This document shows, piece after piece, positions 12,900 through 25,864 of a stretch of 64,000 nucleotides of DNA. The stretch covers positions 15,624,001-15,688,000 of the forward strand of contig OX597816.1 of NCBI GenBank assembly GCA_951406725.2, written 5' to 3'. Source of the DNA: Octopus vulgaris. Taxonomy: Eukaryota. Each line of letters begins with the position of its first letter. The first letter of the stretch is position 1. The translations under genes and the position numbers were made by a program. Under the pieces are notes generated by a model, which had not been told where the DNA came from, ran no database searches, and saw nothing but the letters and a program-made list of their open reading frames with translations.

Positions 12900-13261
12900 T
12901 ATTTATGTGTGCATGTGTTTATGTATGTGTGTAATTATATATGGACATATGTACATATATATAATATATATATATATATATATGTATGTATGTGTATATA
13001 TGTATGTATGTATGTGTATATATATATGTATGTATGTGTATATATGTATGTATGTATGTGTGTATATATGTATGTATGTATGTGTATATATGTATGTATG
13101 TATGTGTATATATGTATGTATGTATGTGTATATATGTATGTATGTATGTGTATATATGTATGTATGTATGTGTATATATGTATGTATGTGTGTGTAAGTA
13201 CATATGTATGTGTGTGTAAGTACATATGTATGTATGTGGGTGTATATATATGTATCATATA

Positions 13262-13315
<54 letters not shown>

Positions 13316-13400
13316 TGTATACACATGTACAGCTGTATGTATATATGTGTCTATGTACATGTATAGATACTTGTATATGATTATGAGTGTATGTGTATGA
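12900..13400. repeat. Compound TATG/TA microsatellite with a 22-bp higher-order unit
   Basis: Repeats of TGTATGTATGTATGTGTATATA. Confidence 0.95.
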
Positions 13401-14240
13401 CTGCCATTATCAGTCCAGCAGTCAATTTTCCATGCTGGTAGCAAGACTAAAACTAGTTTACACTCTTCCACTCATGACACCTGTTAACTTACTTGTAGTT
13501 CTCTTGATACACTTAATTCTGTTCCTGAGTGTCGAGTCTTCACACAGATTCCAATTTGCGTTTTCTATCACCAACTTTAATAAGTCAAGGACACGACAGG
13601 CATATATAATGTGACAGGAGCAATAATGACAGTTCTCTAAAATCGATATACTTGAGTGTATGTTTGTGTGTGTGTAGCTGGGGACAGGGACTCTTAGCTT
13701 TCCTATGCCAATCAGTCTCTTTGTATAAATTGAAGTGGAGCACAACATTCAGGAGTGGACACTAGTATTAGAGAATTGTGTCTTCTAAGGGCTTTTCTCC
13801 ATCATGTGTTGATTTGTGCCATTGTGTGTGTGTTTGGTTAAGGAGGTTGCTTCCATATCACAGTGTTTTAGGTTGAGTCTTACTGTGTGATACCTTGTGT
13901 AGGTGACTTCTTATTGATCAAAGCTTCAGGAGTAGATTTGAATGACGGAAACTGAAAGAAGCCTGTCGTATCATCATCGTCCCCGTTTTGCCATCCACTT
14001 TTCCATGCCAGCATGAGTTAGATGGAGTTTACTGAGGCATATTTTCAACAGCAGGATGTTCTTTTTGCTGCAACCCCTCACCTATTTCCAGAGTGTATGT
14101 ATGTAAATACTGGAAAGGCATCCAGCCATGGAAACCATACCAAGACAAACAATGGCGACTGGTATGGCTCCTGGCCTTGCCAGGTTCTGTCGAACTATCT
14201 AACCCATGCCGGCATGGAAAGTGGATGTTAAATGACGATG

Positions 14241-14290
<50 letters not shown>

Positions 14291-14519
14291 GTATGTATGT
14301 ATGTATGCCTGTCTGTATGTGTGTTTATTGATTGTAAACAATGGCCTCACTGATGGTTCTGCATGCGGCTGTTTGCTTGCAGTTCACAGTGAAAGCATGC
14401 CTTCCTGATATCTCTTGATATGTTGCTTGATCTCTGTAAACAAAAGGCTCTTTCAAAAGATGCTTGTTCTCAGTTCCCCATGTAACCCCGTCTGGGTTGT
14501 TTGGCAGTTGATAGACAAA

Positions 14520-15015
14520 GGCGGCGAGCTGGCAGAAACATTAGCACGCCGGGCGAAATGCGTAGCCGTATTTCATCTGCCGCTACGTTCTGAGTTCAAA
14601 TTCCGCCAAGGTCGACTTTTCCTTTCATCCTTTCGGGGTCGGTTAAATAAGTACCAGTTATGCACTGAGGTCAATATAATCGACTTAATCCCTTTGTCTG
14701 TCCTTGTTTGTCCCCTCTATGTTTAGCCCCTTGTGGGCAATAAGGAAATGCGTAGCCGTATTTCGTCTGCCATTACGTTCTGAGTTCAAATTCCGCCGAG
14801 GTCGACTTTGCCATTCATCCTTTTGGGGTCGATTAAATAAGTACCAGTTGTGCAGTGGGGTCGATATAACCGACTTAATCCCTTTGTCTGTCCTTGTTTG
14901 TCCCCTCTATGAATAGCCCCTTGTTGGCAATAAGGAAATGCGTAGCCGTATTTCGTTTGACGTTACGTTCTGAGTTCAAATTCCGCCGAGGTTGACTTTG
15001 CCTTTCATCCTTTTG
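14520..15015 (+). mobile_element. SINE family C expanded as a head-to-tail tandem (190-bp period)
   Basis: AAATGCGTAGCCGTATTTC at 14556, 14746 and 14936. Confidence 0.9.
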
Positions 15016-15717
15016 GCAGATGTGTTAAGTAGAATTAATTCTGAGGATCTGATCAAAGATTTTACAATTAAAAAATGTAGAACACTTTTCACATATAAGT
15101 GAAGAGGAAATATACAAATATAAACATTATTTTCCATCTTACTGTTAGTTTTGTTTCATTATGAAAAATAAAAATTTATTTTATAGTTTATAAATTTTTG
15201 AATTTTGAATTACATATAATTTTGGGGCACCAAAATCTTTAAAGTGTTTAGGGCCTCAATGAGTCTTAATGTAGCCCTGGTTGGCAACAAGATAGGCATC
15301 TGGTTATAGAAAACTCTACTTCAACATAATCTCATCTGACTCAAACAAGTATGGAAAAGTAGACATTAAACTGATAACGATAGTGTATATGTGTGTGTAT
15401 ATATGTGTTGATATATATGTACGAATAACAACAAAACATATTCTGATGGGGAGGCACCATACTGAAAGTAAAGTCAAATTTATTCTAAAATCCATTATAT
15501 AATTTCAGAAGAATCCTGAATCTAATTTTCAAATCAATAAATGACTTCCTCTTTGCTGAAATTTTGGATGACTGTATTTAAACAGCATCCACATTGATAA
15601 AATGCTTAATGTTTAAGAGTTTAAAGTGTTGCAAGAAATTATAATATTTATTCCACCACAGGGAATTCATTTACTTAGAAGTGTTTAAAAAGAATTTACA
15701 ATACACCACACACATAT

Positions 15718-15749
<32 letters not shown>

Positions 15750-15809
15750 CACACACACACACAAGATATACCCAAACACACACACACACATATATATATA
15801 TTTACACAT

Positions 15810-15858
<49 letters not shown>

Positions 15859-15880
15859 CACACACACACAGACACACTCG

Positions 15881-15936
<56 letters not shown>

Positions 15937-15981
15937 GACACACACATATATATATATATACACACACAGACACACTCATAC

Positions 15982-16020
<39 letters not shown>

Positions 16021-16480
16021 GAGGCACACTTATACACACATACATGCGTGTATGATTTCATGTCTATTTCTCCATGCTGGCATGAATATAAGTGTTTATC
16101 AATTTGTGAAAATCAATAAACATTTTGAGTTAGAATCATTTGTCGAAAAAGGAAGAGGAAAATAATGTATTAAAATGTGTAATGTGGAGAATGTGAACAT
16201 ACATGTCTGTTCAAATGATACAACAAACTTTGCTGCATGCTAATTAAGAAAGAATTATTGACCTTCGCAATAGAAGTGCAATGTGCCGGTGGCAAGAAGC
16301 CCAAATTCATCATGGTTAATTGAACACAAGACTTGAAAGAAGAGTCTCCTGGAAGATTTGACAGCATGGTCCATTAATGACATCGTAATTCCTTTTCTTA
16401 TTACTTCTAACTCTGTAAACTGCTTGCAATTTTGTGTTTATATATGTGTGTAGTTACATTCCGAAAATATATAAATAGGT

Positions 16481-16870
16481 TGCAGGTGTGGCTGAGTGGT
16501 AAGAAGTTTGCTTCTCAGCCACATGGTTCCAGGTTCAGTTGGTTCAATCCCACTGTGTAGCACCTTGAGCAAGTGTCTCTTCTACTACAGCTTTGGGCTG
16601 ACCATAGCCTTGTGTGCGCATTTGCTAGATGGAAACTGAAAGAAGCTTGTCATATGTGTGTGTGTGTGTGTGTGTGTTTGTCTGTCTCCCAACCACTGCT
16701 TGACTACCAGTGTTGATGGGTTCATATCTCCATAACTTAGCAGTTTGGCAAAAGAAACTGACATAAGTACCATGCTTAAAAAACAAGTACTGAATTTGAA
16801 TCATTCAACTAAAATTATTGAAGGAGATGCTCCAGCATGGCAACGATCTAATGACTGAGACAAATAAAAG
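16481..16870 (+). mobile_element. SINE family A (diverged)
   Basis: A- and B-box head, internal (TG)n, 3' GCTCCAGCATGGC...GACTGA. Confidence 0.85.
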
Positions 16871-18127
16871 AATGTATAATCATCATTTTACCTCTACCAT
16901 TTCCATGGTGGTGGCTAGGGTAGAACAGTTCAGTGGGATTCAGTAGATAAGGAAGACCATGCCATCATCTAATGTCTCAATTTTTGGTGCGGCTTCTAAG
17001 GTTCAATGTCCTTCCTAATACTAACCATTTTACACAGATTGTACTGCATGCATTTTTCATTGCTCCAACACTGTAGAGGTTGCCTTGTTATCAGCAAGAC
17101 TAAAGAAACTTTTCAAACCCTGGATTGTATTATCTGGATCAATTACCAAGCATTTAGTGTTCCAGATGCTTTTTGCTGTACCCAGCACTTTTAGAGGTTG
17201 CCTTATAGCTGTAATACATCCTGTAATAGAAGGCAACCCTGTAGAGGTTGCCTTATAACTGTAATATACTCCTTAATTAAAGGAACAGATTTATCGTCCG
17301 AAAATGATAATATAGACAATAACAGAGAGAAGAGGGTTCGAGTGGAAGTAGAGGGGATAGAGGACGAAGAAGGTACTGTATGGCCAAATGGTTAGAAAGT
17401 TTGTTTTACAACCATGTGGTCCATAGTTTTACCCCACTGTGTGACATTTTAGACAAATATCACTTTCTATGGCCTTGAGTTGATCCATAATTTACAAATA
17501 AAATTCGGTGAGAGGAAATAATGTAAAAGCTCATTGGTTGGATTGTGAATATAATTCAAAAGTCACAGCCTGGTATAAATGCATGCAGTACACTGCTTCT
17601 GGCTGAAGATTATATTCAGAATGCATACATAAATCTGTGGAATACTCAGTCACTTACTAGTAATTCAGTTAATCAAACCATTGAGCTTGCGTAACTGCAA
17701 ATTTTTCAATAGTTCAGCATAGGTGTTCTCTTTTCCACTGATCTTCAGCTTTATGCTAACATCCACTGTGCAGCTAATTTTTGCTATGTATGTATGTATG
17801 TGTATGTGTGTGTGTGTGTGTGTGTGTGACCATTATACACACACACACACCCATACATATACATACTCAAATATATATATATATAAATGAATATATATAT
17901 AATCTGAAGTTAAGGCTTCCATTAAGTATATAGATACATACACACACATGCATATACTTGTAAATTTCTTCAGATACATTTGCAGTGAAGTGTGTTGTAC
18001 ATTCAGGGTATATGTACTCACATTCATTAAGCTTACTATAACATTAAATCCATGCCATAGACTCAGATTAACATCCACCTGGGATACTGGCATGAAATCA
18101 AGGTATCGATTTAATGATATAATTTCT

Positions 18128-18158
<31 letters not shown>

Positions 18159-20362
18159 GGCACACACATACACACATGCACACTCACGCATGTGTTTACA
18201 GTTCTTCTTAAAATAAAGTGGTATCGGAGTAAACAAAAGTGAAATTCTCTATGTTGCTATTTTGGGTTAAACCATCTTCCAACAATGGGTGTGTGGCCAA
18301 AATATGGTTGGCCTCATAACTTTCCCTGTCAAAATGGACAGAAAGTTCTTTGATAAATGCTTATATGATGAAAGATAAATCTCAGTGATTAAAACATTGA
18401 TTGGCTGGTTAATCTCATAACCCTTACAGAGTCTTTGTTATATCAACCTGGTCTCTCCTAATGATTAATAATTCCCTTTGTTCCTTCCAGGCTTAAAGAT
18501 TTCAGCCCAGCACTCCATACAAATGAAATACTCTTCAATTAGGAATTTGCGTGATAAATCCAGTTTAATGTGATTAGGAAATCTGTATTAAGGAGGTCTG
18601 TATTAAGGAGGGCCACCTAAACAATATTATAGGCCCCCGAGTAAACCAATATATTGGGCCCCTATGGTATTTATTTACTGACAGCAGTTCACAACATATA
18701 TACATTAGATTTGGCCCCTAGACCTGTGAGAACCCCAGGCAAGTGCCCAACATGTGCATATGTAAAAACAACACAGCTAAGAAGTCCTCATGATGCAATC
18801 ACATGGTAGAGTTGATTAGTCAAATTCATTCTTGATGATATCTAATTAAATGTATTAGTGGATCATACTTGACAATATCATCATTATCATCTACTTTGCC
18901 ATGCTTTTCCATGTTTGCATTGGACAGATGGAATTTGTTGAGGCAGATTTTCTACAGCTTGATGCCGTTCCTATCACCAGTCTACTATTGTTTCCAAGCA
19001 ATGTAATATTTCCACATGGTCAGACTGAGAATAAATGTCCTCCAGAAGACCACCAGGTTTCCTGTTCACTGGTTCTGAAAATTCTAAGGATCCATCCAGC
19101 CAGCTATCTGCATTTTATTGCCAACTCAATAATAAGTACTTGGAAAGATGCATCTTTACTTGTATCAATACCCAGGTTGCACTCTGGTTTTGATTCAGAG
19201 ATTGCAATCCCTCCTGGGCCAGTGTATGCTGTCTTTATTTCATATAAAAAATATTTTAAAAAATGACATTTATTCAAGATGCACACAATAGAATTGAACC
19301 CTGGACCACAAAGTTGTGAAGTAAACTTTTTTAACCATTTGGCCACATTGTACTTACACACACACACTCATTCAAATGTGTGTGTGTGCGTTAAGTGTTA
19401 GTGCGTGTGTGTAGTTGTGTTTATAATGACATTTACACTCTATCTTGCCAAAGTCTTTTGGATAACTGTTCAAAATTCTTTTTGGTCTTCACATGCTTCC
19501 ATCTGATGCAGCTTTCTCCTCTCAGCCATGGCTGTTTCTTCTTCTCTGCTTCTCTGGCAAGCTAAAAGATAGAGATCAGGCAAACTTAATCTCGCTTGAT
19601 TCTCAAAAATCTTTTGAGCTACAGAAACTGTAGCAGTTTCGTCTGTAAGTTGGCTGCCAGCTATGTTTGGAAATCATGTAAGGTCAAAGAGGCTGAAAGC
19701 ATGACACTAAAAATAGATCCTGCCTCTAAGCTTAGTGCTTAGGACTGAGTCTAACTGATACGGCTGCCAGAACCAACACTCTCTTAAAAGAGACTCAAGG
19801 AAAGCATTTCTCTGGACAGCAAATGTAGACATACAATGAAGAAATAAATAAATAAATATATATATAGAGAGAGAAAGAGGAGGGTGAGGAAGAGATAAAT
19901 AATAAATAAATAAATAGATAAATATATATAAGTTTTAGATGCCCAGTGTAAGAATCAATAAAGGTTACAAGAGTTCAGTCTGACAGTGAATCAAAATTTT
20001 TTTTGTGATTTTATAGATATGTGCATGTACATACATGTGTGTGTGTGTGTGTGTGAGTATATAAGTCTGTGTTGTATGCGTGTTTGTGATTGAATGTGTA
20101 TGTGCTTTGCTGTATCTCTTCGTTTGAATGTATGGATGGATGTGAATACTTGAGTAAGATATTTTTTCAGGCCATTCAATGTGCGATTGTACATTTGTAT
20201 GTATATATATATGCATATGAATACATATGCATATGTGCATGTACATGTGTTTGTGTATATACATATATATACACAATATATAAGCATTTATATATTTTCA
20301 AGTGTATTTGGGCTCATTTCATATTTTCATTTTTCATCTATGCTTGAATAATATATATATAA

Positions 20363-20521
20363 GGCGCAGGCATGACTGTGTGGTAAGAAGCTCACTTCCC
20401 GACCACATGGCTCTGGGTTCAGTTCTACTGTGTGGCACCTTGCGCAAATATCTTCTACTATCGCTTCGGGCCGACCAAAACTTTGTGAGTGGATTTGGTA
20501 GACAGAAACTGAAAGCCCATC

Positions 20522-20567
<46 letters not shown>

Positions 20568-20750
20568 TTGTGTGTATGTGTATTTATATATGTATATGTT
20601 GGTGTGTTTATGTCCCTGTAACTTAGTGGTGTGGCAAAAGAGACTGATACAATAAGTACTAGGCTTACAAAGAATAGGGTCAATTCATTCATGTAAAAGT
20701 GGTGCTGCAGCATGACTGCAATCAAATCATTGGAACAAGTAAAAGAATAA
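20363..20750 (+). mobile_element. SINE family A
   Basis: GGCGCAGGCATGACTGTGTGGTAAG head through GAACAAGTAAAAGAATAA. Confidence 0.85.
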
Positions 20751-20916
20751 ATATATATATATATACATCTTAAGAAAGAGAGAGTTGTTGTTAGCTCCCA
20801 GGTCAGCTTTGTCTGATCTAAGGTATCTGGGCCAACCACCCCATCTATTTATCTGCACTGCAATAAGAACTACAGCCCCTGAATGTGTCCTACTTGTTAA
20901 AATTCTATTTATTTAT

Positions 20917-20985
20917 TTGTGCAGCTGAAGATGGCATTGCATTGTTTAGTTAAATGGAGCCACTAGAAACAGTCGTACTGCATAA
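20917..20985 (+). ncRNA. Type I hammerhead ribozyme motif, near-intact
   Basis: TTGTGCAG-CTGAAGA-TGGC...GCCA-CTA-GAAA-C-AGTC-G-TA|CTGCATAA: 8-bp stem I, canonical core, GUA site; the stem II junction is irregular. Confidence 0.6.
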
Positions 20986-21114
20986 CAACTTGATATCCAG
21001 TTGCTTATTTTTATATATATATATATATCTAATGTAGGATAAAATTTTTTCAAAAAAAAAAAATTTTATCAATGGCCAGCATATTAAAAAATACCTTTAA
21101 AGGTTACATTATAA

Positions 21115-21451
21115 ACAACTTATAAATAAGGGCATATGAAAAAATTTCTAATGCCAAATATGCCGAAAATTGGACATATTGTCCATTTACCATATAATTT
21201 CTTTTCCCAGTACGCACGCTACTCGAAAAAAGGTCGACAGAAATTTCTAAAAAATTCCATTATTACCATATCGGACCGATTTCAGGGTTAGTTCAAAAAG
21301 AACCCTCCCTTCGTCAGTGATACATGTGATAAAAGAAGTAAATGAGATACTTACTCATACCCATGGAAGAAGCAAACACTAAGTCATGTTTATGAATTTT
21401 CGGCATATTTGGCATTTGAAATTTTTTTGTTTGCCCTTATTTATAAGTTGT
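21115..21451 (-). mobile_element. Penelope-like-derived element with about 55-bp inverted ends
   Basis: ACAACTTATAAATAAGGGCA...TGCCAAATATGCCGAAAATT (21115-21170) is inverted at 21395-21451 and encloses a hammerhead motif. Confidence 0.65.
21264..21322 (-). ncRNA. Minimal type I hammerhead ribozyme motif, intact core
   Basis: Minus strand: TATCA-CTGACGA-AGGG-AGG-GTTC-TTTTT-GAAC-TAA-CCCT-GAAA-TCGG-T-CCGA-TA|TGGTA; all three stems pair. Confidence 0.75.
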
Positions 21452-21454
21452 GTG

Positions 21455-21512
<58 letters not shown>

Positions 21513-21543
21513 TATATATTTAGAGAGAGAGTTTGTGTATGTT

Positions 21544-21578
<35 letters not shown>

Positions 21579-21597
21579 ATGTGTTAATCCCCTCTCT

Positions 21598-21758
21598 CCT
21601 GAATGGTTGGTATTAGGAAGGACATCCAGCTGTAAAAATCCTGCCAAAACAGTCACAGAAATCTGGTACTGGCCTGTGCCTGGCTGGCTCTTGGGAAACC
21701 ATCGCACCCATGCTTGTATGGAAAGCAGACGTTAAATGATGATGACGATGATGATGAT
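21598..21758 (+). mobile_element. Family B 3' end (diverged)
   Basis: GGTTGGTATTAGGAAGGACATCCAGC...GACGTTAAAT then (GAT)n. Confidence 0.75.
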
Positions 21759-22319
21759 GTGTGTGTGTGTGTGTTTTGAGATGGGATGTTTATATGCATA
21801 AAAGTTGTTGCTGCTTAGCCCGAAGTCATCATTGATTGAAGAACGTCTTAGATCAAAGCCATTCCAACCATGACCTTGGTGTCTTTTTCTACATCAGAGA
21901 CTTGCTGATTTGATTATGCTGGATTGTACCAACTCACATCTGCAATTAAATGTGACAGATTATTATGCGTACACACAAACCAGGGCTGGTTCTATGCACT
22001 GAGTAAGGAAGACAATTATTGACGGCACTAAAATCTAGCAACACCTCACAAATCATGGACATCTTGGATGAAATATCTTAATCGAACTAAAACCACAGAA
22101 ATTCAGACATAAAGATAGCAGTTGGGGTCAATCTGAGAACAGAGTAGCAGGGATAGAGGACAGGGGTTTCAGGTGGAGCTGGAAACAAGTGGATTGTGGG
22201 AAGAGGTTGAGTAGTGTTATGGCCTGTCACATGGTTTGCTATGAAACATTTCAAATTTTTTCCAGATGACAGATTTATTCAGTACCATGCATGATCATGA
22301 GGTTATTGATTTCTAGTTT

Positions 22320-22928
22320 GCAAGTTTATATATAAATTTTTTTCGACTGCATTTTCTCATCTTGTGTAAAGAGAATCAATGACTGAATGTAGCGTTAGAA
22401 AACAATTCGAGGAAGGATACACATTATAAGGGGTCATCTAGGGATGCTGGAAATCCTGGTCCCAGTCTTTGCACACACACACACACATATGCATGCATGT
22501 ACAAACAGAATTTAGCAAGTTTATATATATATATATTTTTTTTGATTGCATTTTCTCATATTTTGTAAAGAGAATCAATGACTGACTGTAGCATTAGAAA
22601 ACAATTCGAGGAAGGATACACTTTGTAAGGGGTCATCTAGGGATGCTGGAAATCCTGGTCCCAGTCTTTGCGCACACACACACACATATGCATGCATGCA
22701 CAAACAGAATTTAGCAAGTTTATATATATATATATTTTTTTTTTACTGCATTTTCTCATCTTTTGTAAAGAGAATCAATGACTGAATGTAGCTATAGAAA
22801 ACAATTCGAGGAAGGATACGCATTATAAGGGGTCATCTAGGGATACTGGAAATCCTGGTCCCAGTTTTTGCACACATGCAAACACACACACACACATTCG
22901 TATGCATGTATGCACAAATAGAATTTAG
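22320..22928. repeat. Tandem triplication, about 200-bp unit
   Basis: GAGAATCAATGACTGA at 22371, 22570 and 22770. Confidence 0.95.
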
Positions 22929-23656
22929 TCTTCACGGTGAGAGCATTTCAGACAAAATGCATAATTCTGGGGCGATGGTGTATCTTTGCATATTTATCTG
23001 TTGTTATTAATCCATATTCTATGTGATGACCTCGGTAATTTTTATCAGATTTTTATTGTCGGAATGATATTATCAAAACTACAGATTTGTGTGAGGTGTT
23101 TATATGAAGGTGAGAGAGATGAAGAGATTGCAGGTGCATCGGAAGTAAACGTGATTCTAACAAGTGCTGAAATCTTGATTTCCTGATTACTCACATTGCG
23201 TCATGTTGGCTTTTTATTGTTGTTATTGTTGTTGTTGTTTTTCGTTTCTTTTCTCTCTCTTTTTATTTATATATTTATTTTTACTTGAATGCCTTTACTG
23301 TAGGAACAAATGTGTTTACATGTAACAGAATCTATAAATACATATGCTGTGAGGTGACTTCTGTGATTTTCCTTCTCTTGTTTGTTTGTGTGTTTATTTT
23401 GTTTTTGTTATTTATTCCTTTCTTTTCTTTTTTTTACTATCTATGTCCCTCTCTCTCTCCCTCGCTCTCTCTTTCCTCATATATTTATACAAACACACTC
23501 TGTACACACGTTCATACACAAGTATACACACATTTTAAATACACATTGATATACATGTATATATAGGTATATATTTTTACTATGTATATATATGTATGTA
23601 CACATGATTATATATATATATATGCATATATATTTTTATTTATGAGTATGTATATG

Positions 23657-23696
<40 letters not shown>

Positions 23697-23732
23697 TATA
23701 TATTTTTATTTATGAGTATGTGTGTGTATATG

Positions 23733-23776
<44 letters not shown>

Positions 23777-24199
23777 CACACACATACTCACACACGTTTG
23801 CTGGTGTGCGTATGTGCATATGTGTACGAGAGAGCGGAAGCATGAGAAATACATATACTCACACAATGCTAGCTCGCTGTGTTTGCATAGGTTGTATAAT
23901 AATATTGTTCGGTCAACATATTTCAGTTTGCTTATTGATGTCTTGTCTTCAAACTTCAGAATATTATATTAGAAGTTTGTACTTAAAAGATATGACACTG
24001 AAAGTTTAATATAGCTGATATTTACATTGAAGTATTTATTGCATGCTACAAGGATAAGCAACTATAATACTACTCTCTTGTATATTTTATTATGTTGTGT
24101 GAGGGGTTTTTATTGATTTGATTTTAATTTAAAATTTTATGGTTATTCTTTACCATGTTGTCAAATATTTGTAAGTTATTCTCCTGCTATTGTAATTAA

Positions 24200-24512
24200 T
24201 AAGTTTGGGTTCAATCCTGCAGTGTGACACCTTGGGTAAGTGTCTTTTACTTTAGCTACTCTTGAACTGATCTAACCAAGGACTTGCTAGTGGGTTTGGT
24301 TGTAGAAGGTACCAGTGCTGGTGCCATGTAAAAAGTGCCCAATACACTCTGTAAAGTGGTTGGCATTAAGAGTGGCATCCAGCTGTTAGAAACCATGCCA
24401 AAACAGACAATATGACTTGGTTTGGCTCCCAGCCTTACAAGCTCCTGTCAAACCATCCAACCCATGCCAACATGGACAACAGACGTTAAATGATGATGAT
24501 GATGATGATGAT
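24200..24512 (+). mobile_element. Family A head fragment joined to a family B 3' end
   Basis: GGTTCAATCC...CACCTTGGGTAAGTGTCTT, then GGTTGGCATTAAG...GACGTTAAAT and (GAT)n. Confidence 0.65.
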
Positions 24513-24735
24513 ATTTGAATATATATATATATATTCAAATATCATCATCATCACCATCGTTTAACGTCTGTTGTCCATGTTGGCATGGGTTGGACTGCTG
24601 GCATGATACGCACAAATACACAATGGACTCCTTTCAGTTGCATCGTTTACTGTTCATTTTCCATGCTGGCATGGGTTGGATGGTTTATTCATTTTTTTTT
24701 CAAATATATAATACTGTACCAAAGATTTTCTATTT

Positions 24736-24772
<37 letters not shown>

Positions 24773-24898
24773 CTGCTCGCTTAGCCAGTGGGGTGGCATC
24801 ATTCAAAGGCTAAAACAATGCGAACGCATTGTGACCAGCGATGTGTAACTACATCTGATGGTCGGGTCGGTCACATGGTATATATATATATATATATA

Positions 24899-25400
24899 TC
24901 ATCATCATCATCATCATCGTTTAGCGTCCGTTTTCCATGCTAGCATGGGTTGGACGGTTCTACTGGGGTCTGTGAAGCCAGAAGGCTTCATCAGGCCCAG
25001 TCAAATCTGGCAGTGTTTCTACGGCTGGATGCCCTTCCTAACGCCAACCACTCCGGGAGTGTAGTGGGTGCTTTTTACGTGCCACCCGCACTGGTGCCAG
25101 ACAGAGCTGGCAAACGGCCACGAACGGATGGTACTTTTTATGTGCCACCGGCACGAGGGCCAGGCGAGGCTGGCAACGGACACGAAACGGGGCGGTGCTG
25201 GCAACGGTCGCGAAACAGAAAGTTCTCTTACATGCCACCGGCACTGGTAACACATCTGCAATTTCCATTGATCGATTTCCATTCATCGATTTCGATTCTG
25301 ATCCTCACTTGCCTCAACGGGTCTTCACAAGTAGAGTTTCGACATGCCACCGGCACTGGTAACACATCCGCAATTTCCATTGATCGATTTCGATTCTGAT
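24899..25400 (-). mobile_element. Family B, long copy with internal GC-rich minisatellite
   Basis: (CAT)n tail, repeated TGCCACCGGCAC units of about 60 bp, and CTCACTTGCCTCAACGGGTCTTCAC shared with 42150-42175. Confidence 0.85.
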
Positions 25401-25404
25401 CCTG

Positions 25405-25438
<34 letters not shown>

Positions 25439-25449
25439 TTGTGTGTCTG

Positions 25450-25580
25450 TTTGAAAAAAATGAATAGAAATGGTTTTTCTGATAATTTTTCCCACTTTAA
25501 TAATTAGATATTTAATATCTTATAAACATTAAAGTAAGAAAATTATCAGAAAAGCCATTTCTATTCATTTTTTTTTCAAA
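25450..25580. repeat. AT-rich inverted repeat (hairpin, about 50-bp arms)
   Basis: TTTGAAAAAAATGAATAGAAATGGTTTTTCTGATAATTTT versus AAAATTATCAGAAAAGCCATTTCTATTCATTTTTTTTTCAAA. Confidence 0.9.
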
Positions 25581-25864
25581 TATATAATACTGTACCAAAG
25601 ATTTTCTATTTCTTATTCCACTACACACACACACACACACACATACACACTGTTTTTATCCTGTTATGCATGTAGCAGCCCAATTAATAAACTGCCTATA
25701 ACCAATCATCAGTTGGCAGCTATAACATCCCTACTTTCAGTTGTAATTCAAGTTGGAGGTTTAGGCAGGAAGTCAACCTTGAGCACTAATTGTATATGCT
25801 TATTACATTACGTCATAAAACATGATGTTACTTGAAATATATATATATATGTCTGTGTGTATGT

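Noticed and set aside
19468-19672. Stop-free minus-strand stretch (PNIAGSQLTDETATVSVAQKIFENQARLSLPDLYLLACQRSREEETAMAERRKLHQMEACEDQKEF)
   Set aside because: No recognisable domain and no convincing splice boundaries; would need tBLASTn or RNA-seq support.
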